Shown: positions 18,301 to 24,852 of the stretch, piece by piece | How the letters are laid out: each line of letters opens with the position of its first letter | Numbering within the stretch: the first letter of the stretch is position 1 | Assembly: GCF_000018465.1 (NCBI RefSeq) | Contig: NC_010085.1 | Location: 390,001 to 422,000 of the forward strand | Source of the DNA: Nitrosopumilus maritimus SCM1 | GTDB taxonomy: Archaea > Thermoproteota > Nitrososphaeria > Nitrososphaerales > Nitrosopumilaceae | Direction of reading: 5' to 3' | DNA: 32,000 nt | Notes under the pieces: generated by a model | What the model was told of the DNA's origin: nothing | Seen by the model: the letters and a program-made list of their open reading frames with translations, nothing else | Database searches by the model: none | Translations under genes and position numbers: made by a program

Positions 18301-20613
18301 CACTCTAAACTATTGGCTACCTCAACACCTAGAATTACAGAATTTGGATTAATCGCAGGACATTATACACTTGAAACAACTTCGATCCCAGAAATATCTC
18401 ATTCTGGAAATATCCCTCCTAGAATAACATCTGCCAATGTTACATCTACTACTCAAATTGATATTGCTTTTGAACGAAACATAGATCGTAAATCTGTAAA
18501 ACCTGCTAATTTTGTTTTGACCGATCCATCCGCTACAATAAAGGGTGTAAAAACCACAAACAATGTAATAACTTTAAGACTAGATTCGGCAATCACATCT
18601 GGCCAAACCCCAACAATTGCAATTGCTGGTAATGCTGTCAAAGATACGGATGGAAACACTGTAGATAGTGTAACTGTTACTTCGGTTGACAAAGTTCCAC
18701 CAAAAGTAAAGAAAGCTTATGCTACAACAAAGTCTAGTATAGTGATTATATTTGACAAGAATGTTACTTCACAACTATCTGATTATTCCTCTCTACAAAT
18801 TCCAACAGGAACTTCCAAGACAATCTCTGGTCATACTGCTTCAGATAATGTGGTGACCTTAACAGTAAATTCTGCAGATATAACTGCACGTGCTCATGGC
18901 ACTATTACGATTTCATCTGGTCTGACTGACACAAATGGTAATTCATTTAACACTAACCACAATCCTGTATCTGTAATATCCAATATTGAGGAAGCTCCTG
19001 TAGAATTAGATGAAGATTTTACAGATTTGGTAATTACAACTGAAGAAATTGAAATTAAAGAAATTCTGGTCAAAACAAATGTCAAGGCAAAACTTGATCT
19101 TAGTAAATCTCCAACAAAAACTACCGTAACAGAAAACAGTGTAACTAAGAATAGAGTTCAAATTACAAATGAAATGAAAATCACTTCCTCAGATGGAACT
19201 GATGAAGAAGTTCAGATAGTTATTCCAAAAGATGTTTTGGTATCTGGTCCTCAAGATAAATTTACTGGCTCCATAGATTTACCTGAACCAAAGACAAACA
19301 ATTCATGTCCAATAAACCCTGATGGTAGTCAAATAGTAAGTTGTATTGCTATAGGATTGTCTGATGACGAATTAACTTTCAACAAGGCTGTAAAGATTAC
19401 AATTCCTGGCGAAGGTTCTTTGACACCTTATTACAGTACTGATAATACTACTTGGAATGCGATATCTACACTTTGTGATGCTGCTAACACTGCAGAAGTC
19501 AATGGAGTCTCAATATCTAGTGATGGTACAAGAGAATGTTACTTTGTAGATGGATCTGATATGATAATCTGGACTACTCACTTTACAGTATTTGGTACAT
19601 TATCCTCTACCTCGACTAGTTCTAGTTCAGGAGGGGGTTCCAGTGGTGATAATTCTGCTCCTTCTATAACTACTAGTATTGGACCTTCTATTACTGATAG
19701 TGGTCTTGGAGGAATTATAGGAAATACTGATCAACCATTAGTTCCTGGAGCAGAAATCAAAAACTATCCACTTGTATTTGATGGAATTGGCTATGATGAG
19801 AATAGCTTTAATTCTGTTCATACTGCAGTCATTGAAACAGAGCAACCCTTGAATGTAATTTTGAGTCTTTATGAAAATTCAGGTGCTCAAAATATTGAAC
19901 ATGTAGAAATGTATGTCAATCATTTCGGTCCTAGAGTCCTTAATGACAGAACTGAGACTGCTATTATCTATGACAAATTTACTGGCATTGAAATTCTTGA
20001 CCCATATGGTCTAATTTCTGATGCGACTGTATTGCCTACACTTTTAGATACTCAATCTCAATTTTATTTCCAAGTGTTCTTTGAAGAAGAAATTGAACAA
20101 TCTGATGTCTTGTTTAGAGTATGGGACAAAAATAGAAATTCAGTTGAATTACATTTGTCTGATGCATTAATGGTGGTAAAAGGAGAATCATCCTCTGAAG
20201 AACGCAATGTCACTGAGTCCGGAATTGTCTCTCCAACAGACCCATCAGAATCTGAAATTGTCTCTCCAGCAGACCCATCAGAATCTGAAATTGTCTCTCC
20301 AGCAGACCCATCAGAATCTGAAATCATATCTACAGAACTTCCACCTGAATCAGAAAAAATTAAAATCCCATCTGAACCTGAACTTGGAACGTATGTAGGA
20401 ATTCCTATGGACCCAGAACCTGGTATTGATGTAAACTTGCAGATGGACCCAGAACCTGGTATTGATGTAAACTTGCAGATGGACCCAGAACCTGGTATTG
20501 ATGTAAACTTGCAGATGGACCCAGAACCTGGTATTGATGTAAACAAACCAAAATCTTTGTTGGATTCAATATCTGAATTCTTTGAGGTTCTCACAAAACT
20601 GTTGAAATTCTAA
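12319..20613 (+). CDS. Giant surface/secreted multi-repeat protein (about 2,764 aa)
   Basis: Continuous 8.3-kb frame; start refined to ATG 12319 (MKWEIPLLVSFVFLL). Hydrophobic N-terminal segments, internal signal-like KKIIVVLLLFVVLIVPVYNHAYAASG, two propeller-like blocks, NAT/NST sequon-rich tandem repeats, Ig-like region, acidic/proline repeats. Confidence 0.95.
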   Translation: MKWEIPLLVSFVFLLGIFSSFPVVDSNFTIDENGLKHYVLTPEKNISSFDVVATSLSKYNREVDFDEQDPYFVFFLFVLLLVLLYRSNFVLQVKQSVLKTFASDYINLFLKNNFAQTLFSENKINLKEIFVILSSSNTKLQNNSTVLYRNCSNVLINSKKFFVSKKIIVVLLLFVVLIVPVYNHAYAASGDITKSLVDSFEFDNQAGSYPDIIQIDSNTFAISYQGQGSGVLSGYIQTFDIDSLGNISSLNTLQFDPDAIVYTELVAVDSDTFAIVYRSTDADGFIHTVDITGAGVITNGTNYEFDTTAGTDPQIVAVDSDTFAVVNQGGGADGWLRTLNISSDGLTISEEDSFEFDTNEGRDNDIIQVDSDTFLIVYRGVEADGFAKTINISTDGTINSVEDTLEFEPTFDAYHNAIAQVDSDTFVVAYRDIDSDGRLATLDVTSSGSITLVETYEYDTNTAQHPDIKRLDDKSFVIAYQGAGSDGFIKTIPITASGNIGTVTDTYEFDTGNGRFPSIISIDGNTVAIASRGGGNDGFLDTIFIDVELAGTDTPSFVEVDDSSKTAIIMASSTPVVVSEGLNSINPELFPASTVNPTHGFEMGIYASSTPIPAHEVTISTIKTNDTFEFDTADAETPDLVQVDTDTFAVVYKGTDNDGFIKTVDITSTGTITDTGNSLEFDTADGWTPNIVPVDTDTFAVVYNGTDSDGFVKTLNISGVGAITDTGNSLEFDIADGLYPDIVAVDSDTFAIVYTGTDTDGFIKTLNISGVGAITDTGNSLEFDTGTGIFPDILAVDSDTFVISYTGNGNDGFVKTVDITGAGVISSVIDTLEFDTSTAYETSLVKIDDDTFAVAYRGPGSDGFVKTFDIDSSGNINNSITDSLEFDTGNGREPDMVSLGSGNYGIAYRGNSNDGFFVIVTIDDAGNIGNSVVESLEYNTSNGYFPSLIGVDLNTFAIAHRGNAEDGFITTIDTSNELAFSDSDTLDVVESVDLIKKYAIFGTSAPIFEHSVITTGNSIIDDANSTPLVVSSAITLKGYFLNANSTPNVSDSGNTVAQYTRTASDILDVAEQNTEFKNYTISNSTTPDIVSSGIISFSLSANSTPLLTSNATSSADISSNSTPLLSSNATTVAMFVLDPSTIPSVSSTATVAFTLSANSTPLLTSNATSSADISSNSTPVLSSNATSTVMRILNATSIPSLFSNATSSADISSNSTPVLSSNATSTVMRILNATSIPSLFSNATSSADISSNSTPVLSSNATSTVMRILNATSIPSLFSNATSSADISSNSTPVLSSNATSTVMRILNATSIPSLFSNATSSADISSNSTPVLSSNATSTVMRILNATSIPSLFSNATSSADISSNSTPVLSSNATSTVMRILNATSIPSLFSNATSSADISSNSTPVLSSNATSTVMRILNATSIPSLFSNATSSADISGSSTPFLSSNATSTVMRILNATSIPSLFSNATSSADISSNSTPVLSSNATSTVMRILNATSIPSLFSNATSSADISGSSTPFLSSNATVSLSGSSTPFLSSNATSTGMFDISSNSTPFLSSNATVSLSGSSTPFLSSNATSTVMRILNATSEPVISSNATTVAMFNLNATSIPSLFGNATVSLSGSSTPVLSSNATYGTLVASANTTPFLSSNATVSLSGSSTPFLSSNATSTVMHILSANSSPVVSSNAITTGMFNISANSTPVLSSNATSTVMRILNATSEPVLSDDAQITGMFNISANSTPVLSSNATSTVMRILNATSEPVLSDDAQITGMFNISANSTPVLSSNATSTVMRILNATSEPVLSDDAQITGMFNISANSTPVLSSNATSTVMRILNATSEPVLSDDAQITGMFNISANSTPVLSDNAQVTGMFTINANSTPVLSDNAQVTGMFTINANSTPVLSDNAQVTGMFTINANSTPVLSDNAQVTGMFTINANSTPVLSDNATSDTVFALLTSDAPSLTESIDQIERYAINAIDVPVISESVGKPKHSKLLATSTPRITEFGLIAGHYTLETTSIPEISHSGNIPPRITSANVTSTTQIDIAFERNIDRKSVKPANFVLTDPSATIKGVKTTNNVITLRLDSAITSGQTPTIAIAGNAVKDTDGNTVDSVTVTSVDKVPPKVKKAYATTKSSIVIIFDKNVTSQLSDYSSLQIPTGTSKTISGHTASDNVVTLTVNSADITARAHGTITISSGLTDTNGNSFNTNHNPVSVISNIEEAPVELDEDFTDLVITTEEIEIKEILVKTNVKAKLDLSKSPTKTTVTENSVTKNRVQITNEMKITSSDGTDEEVQIVIPKDVLVSGPQDKFTGSIDLPEPKTNNSCPINPDGSQIVSCIAIGLSDDELTFNKAVKITIPGEGSLTPYYSTDNTTWNAISTLCDAANTAEVNGVSISSDGTRECYFVDGSDMIIWTTHFTVFGTLSSTSTSSSSGGGSSGDNSAPSITTSIGPSITDSGLGGIIGNTDQPLVPGAEIKNYPLVFDGIGYDENSFNSVHTAVIETEQPLNVILSLYENSGAQNIEHVEMYVNHFGPRVLNDRTETAIIYDKFTGIEILDPYGLISDATVLPTLLDTQSQFYFQVFFEEEIEQSDVLFRVWDKNRNSVELHLSDALMVVKGESSSEERNVTESGIVSPTDPSESEIVSPADPSESEIVSPADPSESEIISTELPPESEKIKIPSEPELGTYVGIPMDPEPGIDVNLQMDPEPGIDVNLQMDPEPGIDVNLQMDPEPGIDVNKPKSLLDSISEFFEVLTKLLKF
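12900..13980 (+). repeat. Propeller-like block 1: seven degenerate repeats of about 50 aa
   Basis: Seven occurrences of P(D)IIxVDSDTFAIVYxGxxxDGFxxT-type units, from IIQIDSNTFAISY to IISIDGNTVAIAS. Confidence 0.75.
14190..15270 (+). repeat. Propeller-like block 2: seven repeats of about 50 aa
   Basis: Seven occurrences from LVQVDTDTFAVVYKG to LIGVDLNTFAIAHRG; higher mutual identity than block 1 (GVGAITDTGNSLEFD repeated). Confidence 0.8.
15886..16911 (+). repeat. 114-bp tandem repeat (38 aa), nine near-identical starts at 15886, 16000, 16114, 16228, 16342, 16456, 16570, 16684, 16798
   Basis: Direct reading of atgagaatactcaacgcaacatccatcccatcactattcagtaacgcaacatcatcagctgacatctca... recurring every 114 bp. 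Confidence 0.97.
17401..17940 (+). repeat. 120-bp tandem repeat (40 aa), four unit starts at 17461, 17581, 17701, 17821, plus a preceding half-unit
   Basis: atgagaatacttaacgcaacatctgaaccagttctatctgatgatgcacagataactggaatgtttaacatctcagcaaactctactcct... recurring at exact 120-bp spacing. Confidence 0.97.
17881..18180 (+). repeat. 60-bp tandem repeat (20 aa, MFTINANSTPVLSDNAQVTG), five units
   Basis: Units start at 17881, 17941, 18001, 18061, 18121; the middle units are identical at nucleotide level and the first and last diverge at one end. Confidence 0.97.
18421..18980 (+). other. SbsA/Big-type Ig-like region inside the giant protein
   Basis: SANVTSTTQIDIAFERNIDRKSVKPANFVLT...IAIAGNAVKDTDGN...VPPKVKKAYATTKSSIVIIFDKNV...ITISSGLTDTNGN, two tandem units. 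Confidence 0.6.
20229..20327 (+). repeat. 33-bp repeat x3 encoding SP(T/A)DPSESEIV/I
   Basis: tctccaacagacccatcagaatctgaaattgtc and two close copies at exact 33-bp spacing. Confidence 0.9.
20407..20550 (+). repeat. 36-bp repeat x4 encoding MDPEPGIDVNLQ
   Basis: atggacccagaacctggtattgatgtaaacttgcag at 20407, 20443, 20479; fourth copy at 20515 diverges at its end. Confidence 0.93.
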
Positions 20614-20756
20614 GTTTGTGAAAATAAGATATGGATAAACTGGTAGTTGACATCTTGTTATCCCTATATTGTGAATTCGTTAATGAATTTGGTTACAAAA
20701 ATCACGTGCTTAAAAAATGACAAATCGCATTTAAATAATGCCGATGGTCCTTACTG

Positions 20757-21020
20757 ATGATGAATAGTAGGACTGGAATCTTTGTTGGACTTGCAATCGC
20801 AGTATCTGTTGGAATTGCATTTGCAGCTTCATATTCTTCTGTGAATACATCTGACTCTGAAAAATTTGAATCAGTTGTAGATATGACCGTTGAACCTAGC
20901 AGTCCTCATATTGATGATGGTGCACTTGTTGGTATTGAAAATGAAAATTATGCTGTAAATGAAGATGGTAAACGTCATTATACTTTAGTGGCAGAAACAT
21001 CTCCTGTAGTTTCTCCTTAA
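20757..21020 (+). CDS. Small membrane-anchored/exported protein, family A paralog
   Basis: MNSRTGIFVGLAIAVSVGIAF and C-terminal VNEDGKRHYTLVAETSPVV, matching 11255..11536 (MNSKGIVVISVIVISLVGIAY ... VDEDGKKQYSIEVGDTPII). Confidence 0.75.
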   Translation: MMNSRTGIFVGLAIAVSVGIAFAASYSSVNTSDSEKFESVVDMTVEPSSPHIDDGALVGIENENYAVNEDGKRHYTLVAETSPVVSP

Positions 21021-21034
21021 ATATAGTCTAAAAG

Positions 21035-21481
21035 TTATGACTTAGAATCTGTTATTTCTTCCCATGGTGAAACAAAATATTCGTATTTGTTTGGGTGTTT
21101 TGGTGATTCTTCTACCACAAACCAAACATTGAGTCTAGATTTGTCTCCCTCTAATAGATCACATGGTATTGATAATGTTTCATCATTTCTATCATACTTT
21201 AGTTCTTCAATGATATTTTCAGATTTTACAAAATATTGATGGTCGACTATCTTATCAAAATTTTTAGCAGAAACTATACAATTGTCGTTCTCTGTATCTA
21301 AAATTTCAATTGGGATGGATGAACGAACAATATTTCTTTCAATCACTTCCTCCCAAACAACTGGTGTGTATTGGTTAAAGAACAAAAACACAAGACTATT
21401 TTCATTTGTAGCAAAAATCAAAATTAATCCCGCTGCTATTGCCAATCCTATTAAGACGATTTTGTCATTTTTTGAGCTCAA
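21035..21481 (-). CDS. Membrane-anchored hypothetical protein
   Basis: N-terminal hydrophobic segment KIVLIGLAIAAGLILIF, then a soluble region with two cysteines. Confidence 0.75.
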   Translation of the reverse strand: MSSKNDKIVLIGLAIAAGLILIFATNENSLVFLFFNQYTPVVWEEVIERNIVRSSIPIEILDTENDNCIVSAKNFDKIVDHQYFVKSENIIEELKYDRNDETLSIPCDLLEGDKSRLNVWFVVEESPKHPNKYEYFVSPWEEITDSKS

Positions 21482-21534
21482 CGTACTGTCCTCTTACTTG
21501 GTACTAATAAAAATATAAAAAAAATGTATTTTGA

Positions 21535-22170
21535 CTAAGTTCCATCTGACTGTAGATTAAATGTGTATGTGATATCTACTGTCTCACCACTTGCTAAAGT
21601 AACATCTGATGTGTCAACTACAGCAAACAATGTTGTTGTACAATCACGAACATCATTATCTGAAGAGTCTGCATCACAAATTCCTATTGCTTCAACAGTG
21701 CTGCCTGCAAATAGGTTGTTACCAGTACCAGTACCTGCTGTAAATGTTAATGGTCCTATTGTTGCAATTTGAGAAGTACTGTCAACAGAACCATCTGTTT
21801 TACAGTTTTCTTCATCATCAGCACCACCTTCTGCTGCATCATGGTCTGTGTTGAATGTAGTGTTTGAGGTTGATTCAGCATATGATTCTGCAGCTGTTGC
21901 AGTTGTAAGGCAGATTGCACCAATTTGTGTAGCGTCAGTACCAATATCTGTTACTCCGGTAAATGCATTAGCAATTAGAAGATCTTCACCTTCATCAAAC
22001 AATTGATTGTGTACTGTTTGTGAAAGCATTTCATTTCCATTTGCATCGTGATATGTCATTGTGGCTTGTCCGTATAGGTTAAAGCCATCGTTAGTCATTG
22101 ATTGTGTTCCTGCGGGAATTACTAGAATTGCAATTAATCCTAGTAGTCCCATAGAAGCTATCTTGTACAT
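21535..22170 (-). CDS. Secreted four-cysteine protein, family B paralog
   Basis: MYKIASMGLLGLIAILVIPAGTQS signal-like start; QTVHNQLFDEGE, IGAIC, IGPLTF, IGIC, VVDTSDVTLASGETVDITYTF. Confidence 0.88.
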   Translation of the reverse strand: MYKIASMGLLGLIAILVIPAGTQSMTNDGFNLYGQATMTYHDANGNEMLSQTVHNQLFDEGEDLLIANAFTGVTDIGTDATQIGAICLTTATAAESYAESTSNTTFNTDHDAAEGGADDEENCKTDGSVDSTSQIATIGPLTFTAGTGTGNNLFAGSTVEAIGICDADSSDNDVRDCTTTLFAVVDTSDVTLASGETVDITYTFNLQSDGT

Positions 22171-22194
22171 TAAACAAAAAACTTGTACTGTTGT

Positions 22195-22204
22195 TAATAT
22201 AGTT
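22195..22204 (-). promoter_or_regulatory. TATA-like element AACTATATTA for family B paralog
   Basis: Plus-strand taatatagtt, 25-34 bp upstream of the start codon ending at 22170. Confidence 0.65.
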
Positions 22205-22212
22205 AATTTCTA

Positions 22213-22284
22213 TTTCCCATTGATGGAAAAATCCAATCTGTGGCTAAAAATTATTTTTCAAATATTTCCCAACATTGGGAAATA
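22213..22284. promoter_or_regulatory. Inverted-repeat operator-like sites: TTTCCCATTGATGGAAAA (22213-22230) and TATTTCCCAACATTGGGAAATA (22263-22284)
   Basis: Second site has perfect 10-bp arms with a 2-bp spacer; first has 8-bp arms with one mismatch. Both share CCA-N4-TGG with the sites at 12231-12276. Centres are 52 bp apart. Confidence 0.7.
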
Positions 22285-22368
22285 CTTCTGAGTTTAATTT
22301 TGAAAAATATGTTTCATTTTTTTTGAAAAATAATTCAAGATAAATAACATTGATGTAGATTTTTTTTA

Positions 22369-24171
22369 ATGAAAATAAAGTCAAAACTATTTTTTGGTTT
22401 TGCAGTAGTTGTATCAATCACATTATTTTTAGGAATATTGACAAACTCTCAATCAAATATTGCGTCAGATGATTTCAAATCCATTGCCGAACGCGATCTT
22501 TTAGTTATACAAAATGCTGAAAAACTACAAAGACTTGCTGTAGATTCTGAGAATGGTCAAAGAGGATTTATCATTACTGGCAATGAATCATTTCTGGAAC
22601 CATACAATAGAGGTGTAGATGAATTCTTTGTTTTACTTGAAGAAGAAAAAAACCTGGTGTCTTACAATCCATCACAAGTAGAAAAATTAGAACATATTTC
22701 TCAACTATTTTCTGATTGGATAGAATCTGCTGGTTCTCCTGAAATTGAACTTGCAAGACAAATCCATTCTTCCCAAGATGATGCTCTGGAATCCATATTG
22801 TCTAATGAATCTGATATAATTTTAGATGAAATATATCAAATAATTTTGTTATTGGAAGGAAATTTACGAGATTCTGAAAATGTGGATGGATTTTTGCTAC
22901 TTGGAAAAATCAAGGCAGATATCTATGATACTGAGGTATCTCAACGAGAATATTTGATCTCAGGAAACGAAGATTTTCTTGTCTCATTTAATAGTGTCAA
23001 AATAGAATTACGTGAAAATATTCAGAATTTAGAAAATATTCTAAAAGATGATGAAGAGAACCTCCAGTTGATTTACTCCATTGGTAAACTATATCAAAAA
23101 TGGGATCAAGAAGTCGTTTATCCCAACATTGAGTCTAGAAGAAATATTGTCGAAAATTACAATTTGAATGAAGCCTCAATCCTACTTGAAAAAGAAACTG
23201 GAAAGAGAATTCTTGATGAGATAAGAACGGAATTTTCTGAATTTATTCAAATTGAAAATGAAAACACACAACAACGATTGGAAAACTCTTTGAATAATCA
23301 AGAACTTGTTCGAAATGTAATCATTATTGTGCTTGTTGCTAGTGTCGTATCTGCAGTGGTTTTGGCATTTCTTATCCTAAATTCTGTTTTAAACCCTTTA
23401 TCAAAATTAGAAAAAGTCATTCAACAGTTCAAAGAAGGAGATTATGCCCAAAAAATAGATATCAATTCTAATGATGAATTGGGAGATTTTTCAAAATCAT
23501 TTGATGCGATTAGAGAAATTTTAATCAAAAAAGAAAAACTCAAAAACATTGGTGAGCTGGCAACTCGACTCGCTCATGATTTGCGAAATCCCCTAGCTGT
23601 TATTCAGGGTGCAGTAAATTTGATGAAAACTGATTTGCAAGAAAAAGATGAAAGTCTTGATAAACGCTTTAGAATGATTGATGCGGCAATTTTGAGAATG
23701 ACTCATCAAATCAATGACGTAATGGATTTTGTACGAGTTTCAAATCTTCAAATCGAAACTCATTCCTTATTGGAACTCTTACAGTCCTCCATATCTAGAA
23801 CAACTAAAAATGATTCAATTACAATTGAATTGCCTGAAAACGACATAAAACTACGATGTGATGCCCATAAACTGGATATTTTGTTTGTAAATTTACTATC
23901 TAACGCAATTGATGCTGTTAAAGAAAATGGAACAATCAAAATCCGCTTTTTTGATGAAACGTCTCATGTGAAGATAGAGCTTGAAGACTCTGGATCTCCA
24001 ATCCCTCCTAACATTCTTGAAGAAATGTTTGAACCATTGTTTACTACAAAACAAGTTGGTACTGGTTTAGGGCTTGCAAGCTGTAAAAATATTGTAGAAC
24101 AACATCGTGGTGAAATTTCAGCAAAAACCAATCCTACTGTCATATCTCTAACTTTATCAAAGACTCTGTAA
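22369..24171 (+). CDS. Membrane sensor histidine kinase with CHASE3-like sensor region(s), HAMP, HisKA, HATPase
   Basis: SENGQRGFIITGNESFLEPY (CHASE3-like), HAMP-like LNPLSKLEKVIQQFKEGDY, LATRLAHDLRNPLAVIQG (H box), N/G boxes NLLSNAIDAVKENG, GTGLGLASCKNIVEQHRGEI. Confidence 0.95.
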   Translation: MKIKSKLFFGFAVVVSITLFLGILTNSQSNIASDDFKSIAERDLLVIQNAEKLQRLAVDSENGQRGFIITGNESFLEPYNRGVDEFFVLLEEEKNLVSYNPSQVEKLEHISQLFSDWIESAGSPEIELARQIHSSQDDALESILSNESDIILDEIYQIILLLEGNLRDSENVDGFLLLGKIKADIYDTEVSQREYLISGNEDFLVSFNSVKIELRENIQNLENILKDDEENLQLIYSIGKLYQKWDQEVVYPNIESRRNIVENYNLNEASILLEKETGKRILDEIRTEFSEFIQIENENTQQRLENSLNNQELVRNVIIIVLVASVVSAVVLAFLILNSVLNPLSKLEKVIQQFKEGDYAQKIDINSNDELGDFSKSFDAIREILIKKEKLKNIGELATRLAHDLRNPLAVIQGAVNLMKTDLQEKDESLDKRFRMIDAAILRMTHQINDVMDFVRVSNLQIETHSLLELLQSSISRTTKNDSITIELPENDIKLRCDAHKLDILFVNLLSNAIDAVKENGTIKIRFFDETSHVKIELEDSGSPIPPNILEEMFEPLFTTKQVGTGLGLASCKNIVEQHRGEISAKTNPTVISLTLSKTL

Positions 24172-24188
24172 TTGATAGGTTTGGGACT

Positions 24189-24422
24189 TTAGGCATTTTC
24201 AGACAATTTTCTGATATGGCTTTTTATTGATTGCTCACTTGCCAGATTTAATGCTCTTTGCAACTCTTTTTGATATGCTTCAACATTTTTCTGATTTCCT
24301 TTAATTATCTCACATTCTTCAACTAGTGGCAGTGACTGAAAATTCTTGTATTGTTCATATGTGACGGTACAAGTATAATGATTGTCTTCCTCTTTGAATC
24401 TATATTTTATTTTAAATGCCAT
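24189..24422 (-). CDS. Small hypothetical protein (paralog pair, copy 1)
   Basis: MAFKIKYRFKEEDNHYTCTVTYEQYKNFQSLPLVEECEI; matches 24519..24758. Confidence 0.8.
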   Translation of the reverse strand: MAFKIKYRFKEEDNHYTCTVTYEQYKNFQSLPLVEECEIIKGNQKNVEAYQKELQRALNLASEQSIKSHIRKLSENA

Positions 24423-24518
24423 AACATATGAGCCTCATATTAACATATTTAGTTTCGCTATTAATTAACTTGTGCTATTAATTATACTTGCACTTTATTC
24501 TTTTTTTTGAGAATGTAG

Positions 24519-24758
24519 CTAGACGTATTTTTCAGGACATGACAGTTTCTTGATGGGTGTTAACTCGTTTTTACATGCCATGTATAATGCCTCTTCTATT
24601 TCATTTTGCATACTTTGCTGTAATACTTCATCCTTGTTTGTTATTTCACATTCATCAATTGCAGATAAATTTCTAAAATTGATGTATTGTGGGTATGTTA
24701 CTGCACAAGAGTAGGACTGAGGATCGCCTTTGAACTTATATCTTATCCTCAATGGCAT
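24519..24758 (-). CDS. Small hypothetical protein (paralog pair, copy 2)
   Basis: MPLRIRYKFKGDPQSYSCAVTYPQYINFRNLSAIDECEI; tandem paralog of 24189..24422. Confidence 0.8.
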   Translation of the reverse strand: MPLRIRYKFKGDPQSYSCAVTYPQYINFRNLSAIDECEITNKDEVLQQSMQNEIEEALYMACKNELTPIKKLSCPEKYV

Positions 24759-24852
24759 ATGCTCATACTATTTTGACTTGTATATAGGGATTATGTATTT
24801 CATAACTTATGATAATGAAAACATACTTGAATCAGTTATTGATTGATAAATT

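Noticed and set aside
20064-20594. 176-aa minus-strand ORF and 20207..20398 + ORF over the C-terminal repeats
   Set aside because: Low-complexity reverse/alternate-frame readings of the 33- and 36-bp repeats inside the giant gene.
22230-22246. Third possible operator AATCCAATCTGTGGCTA in the B' upstream region
   Set aside because: The CCA/TGG spacing is 5 rather than 4 and the flanks are not complementary, so it was not counted with the four better palindromes.
10165-24800. Interpretation of the central region as a prophage or integrated mobile element
   Set aside because: No integrase, transposase, portal, terminase, capsid-like gene or att-like duplication was seen, and the two tRNAs in the window do not flank this region directly. 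The duplicated A/B pairs could be simple gene duplication.
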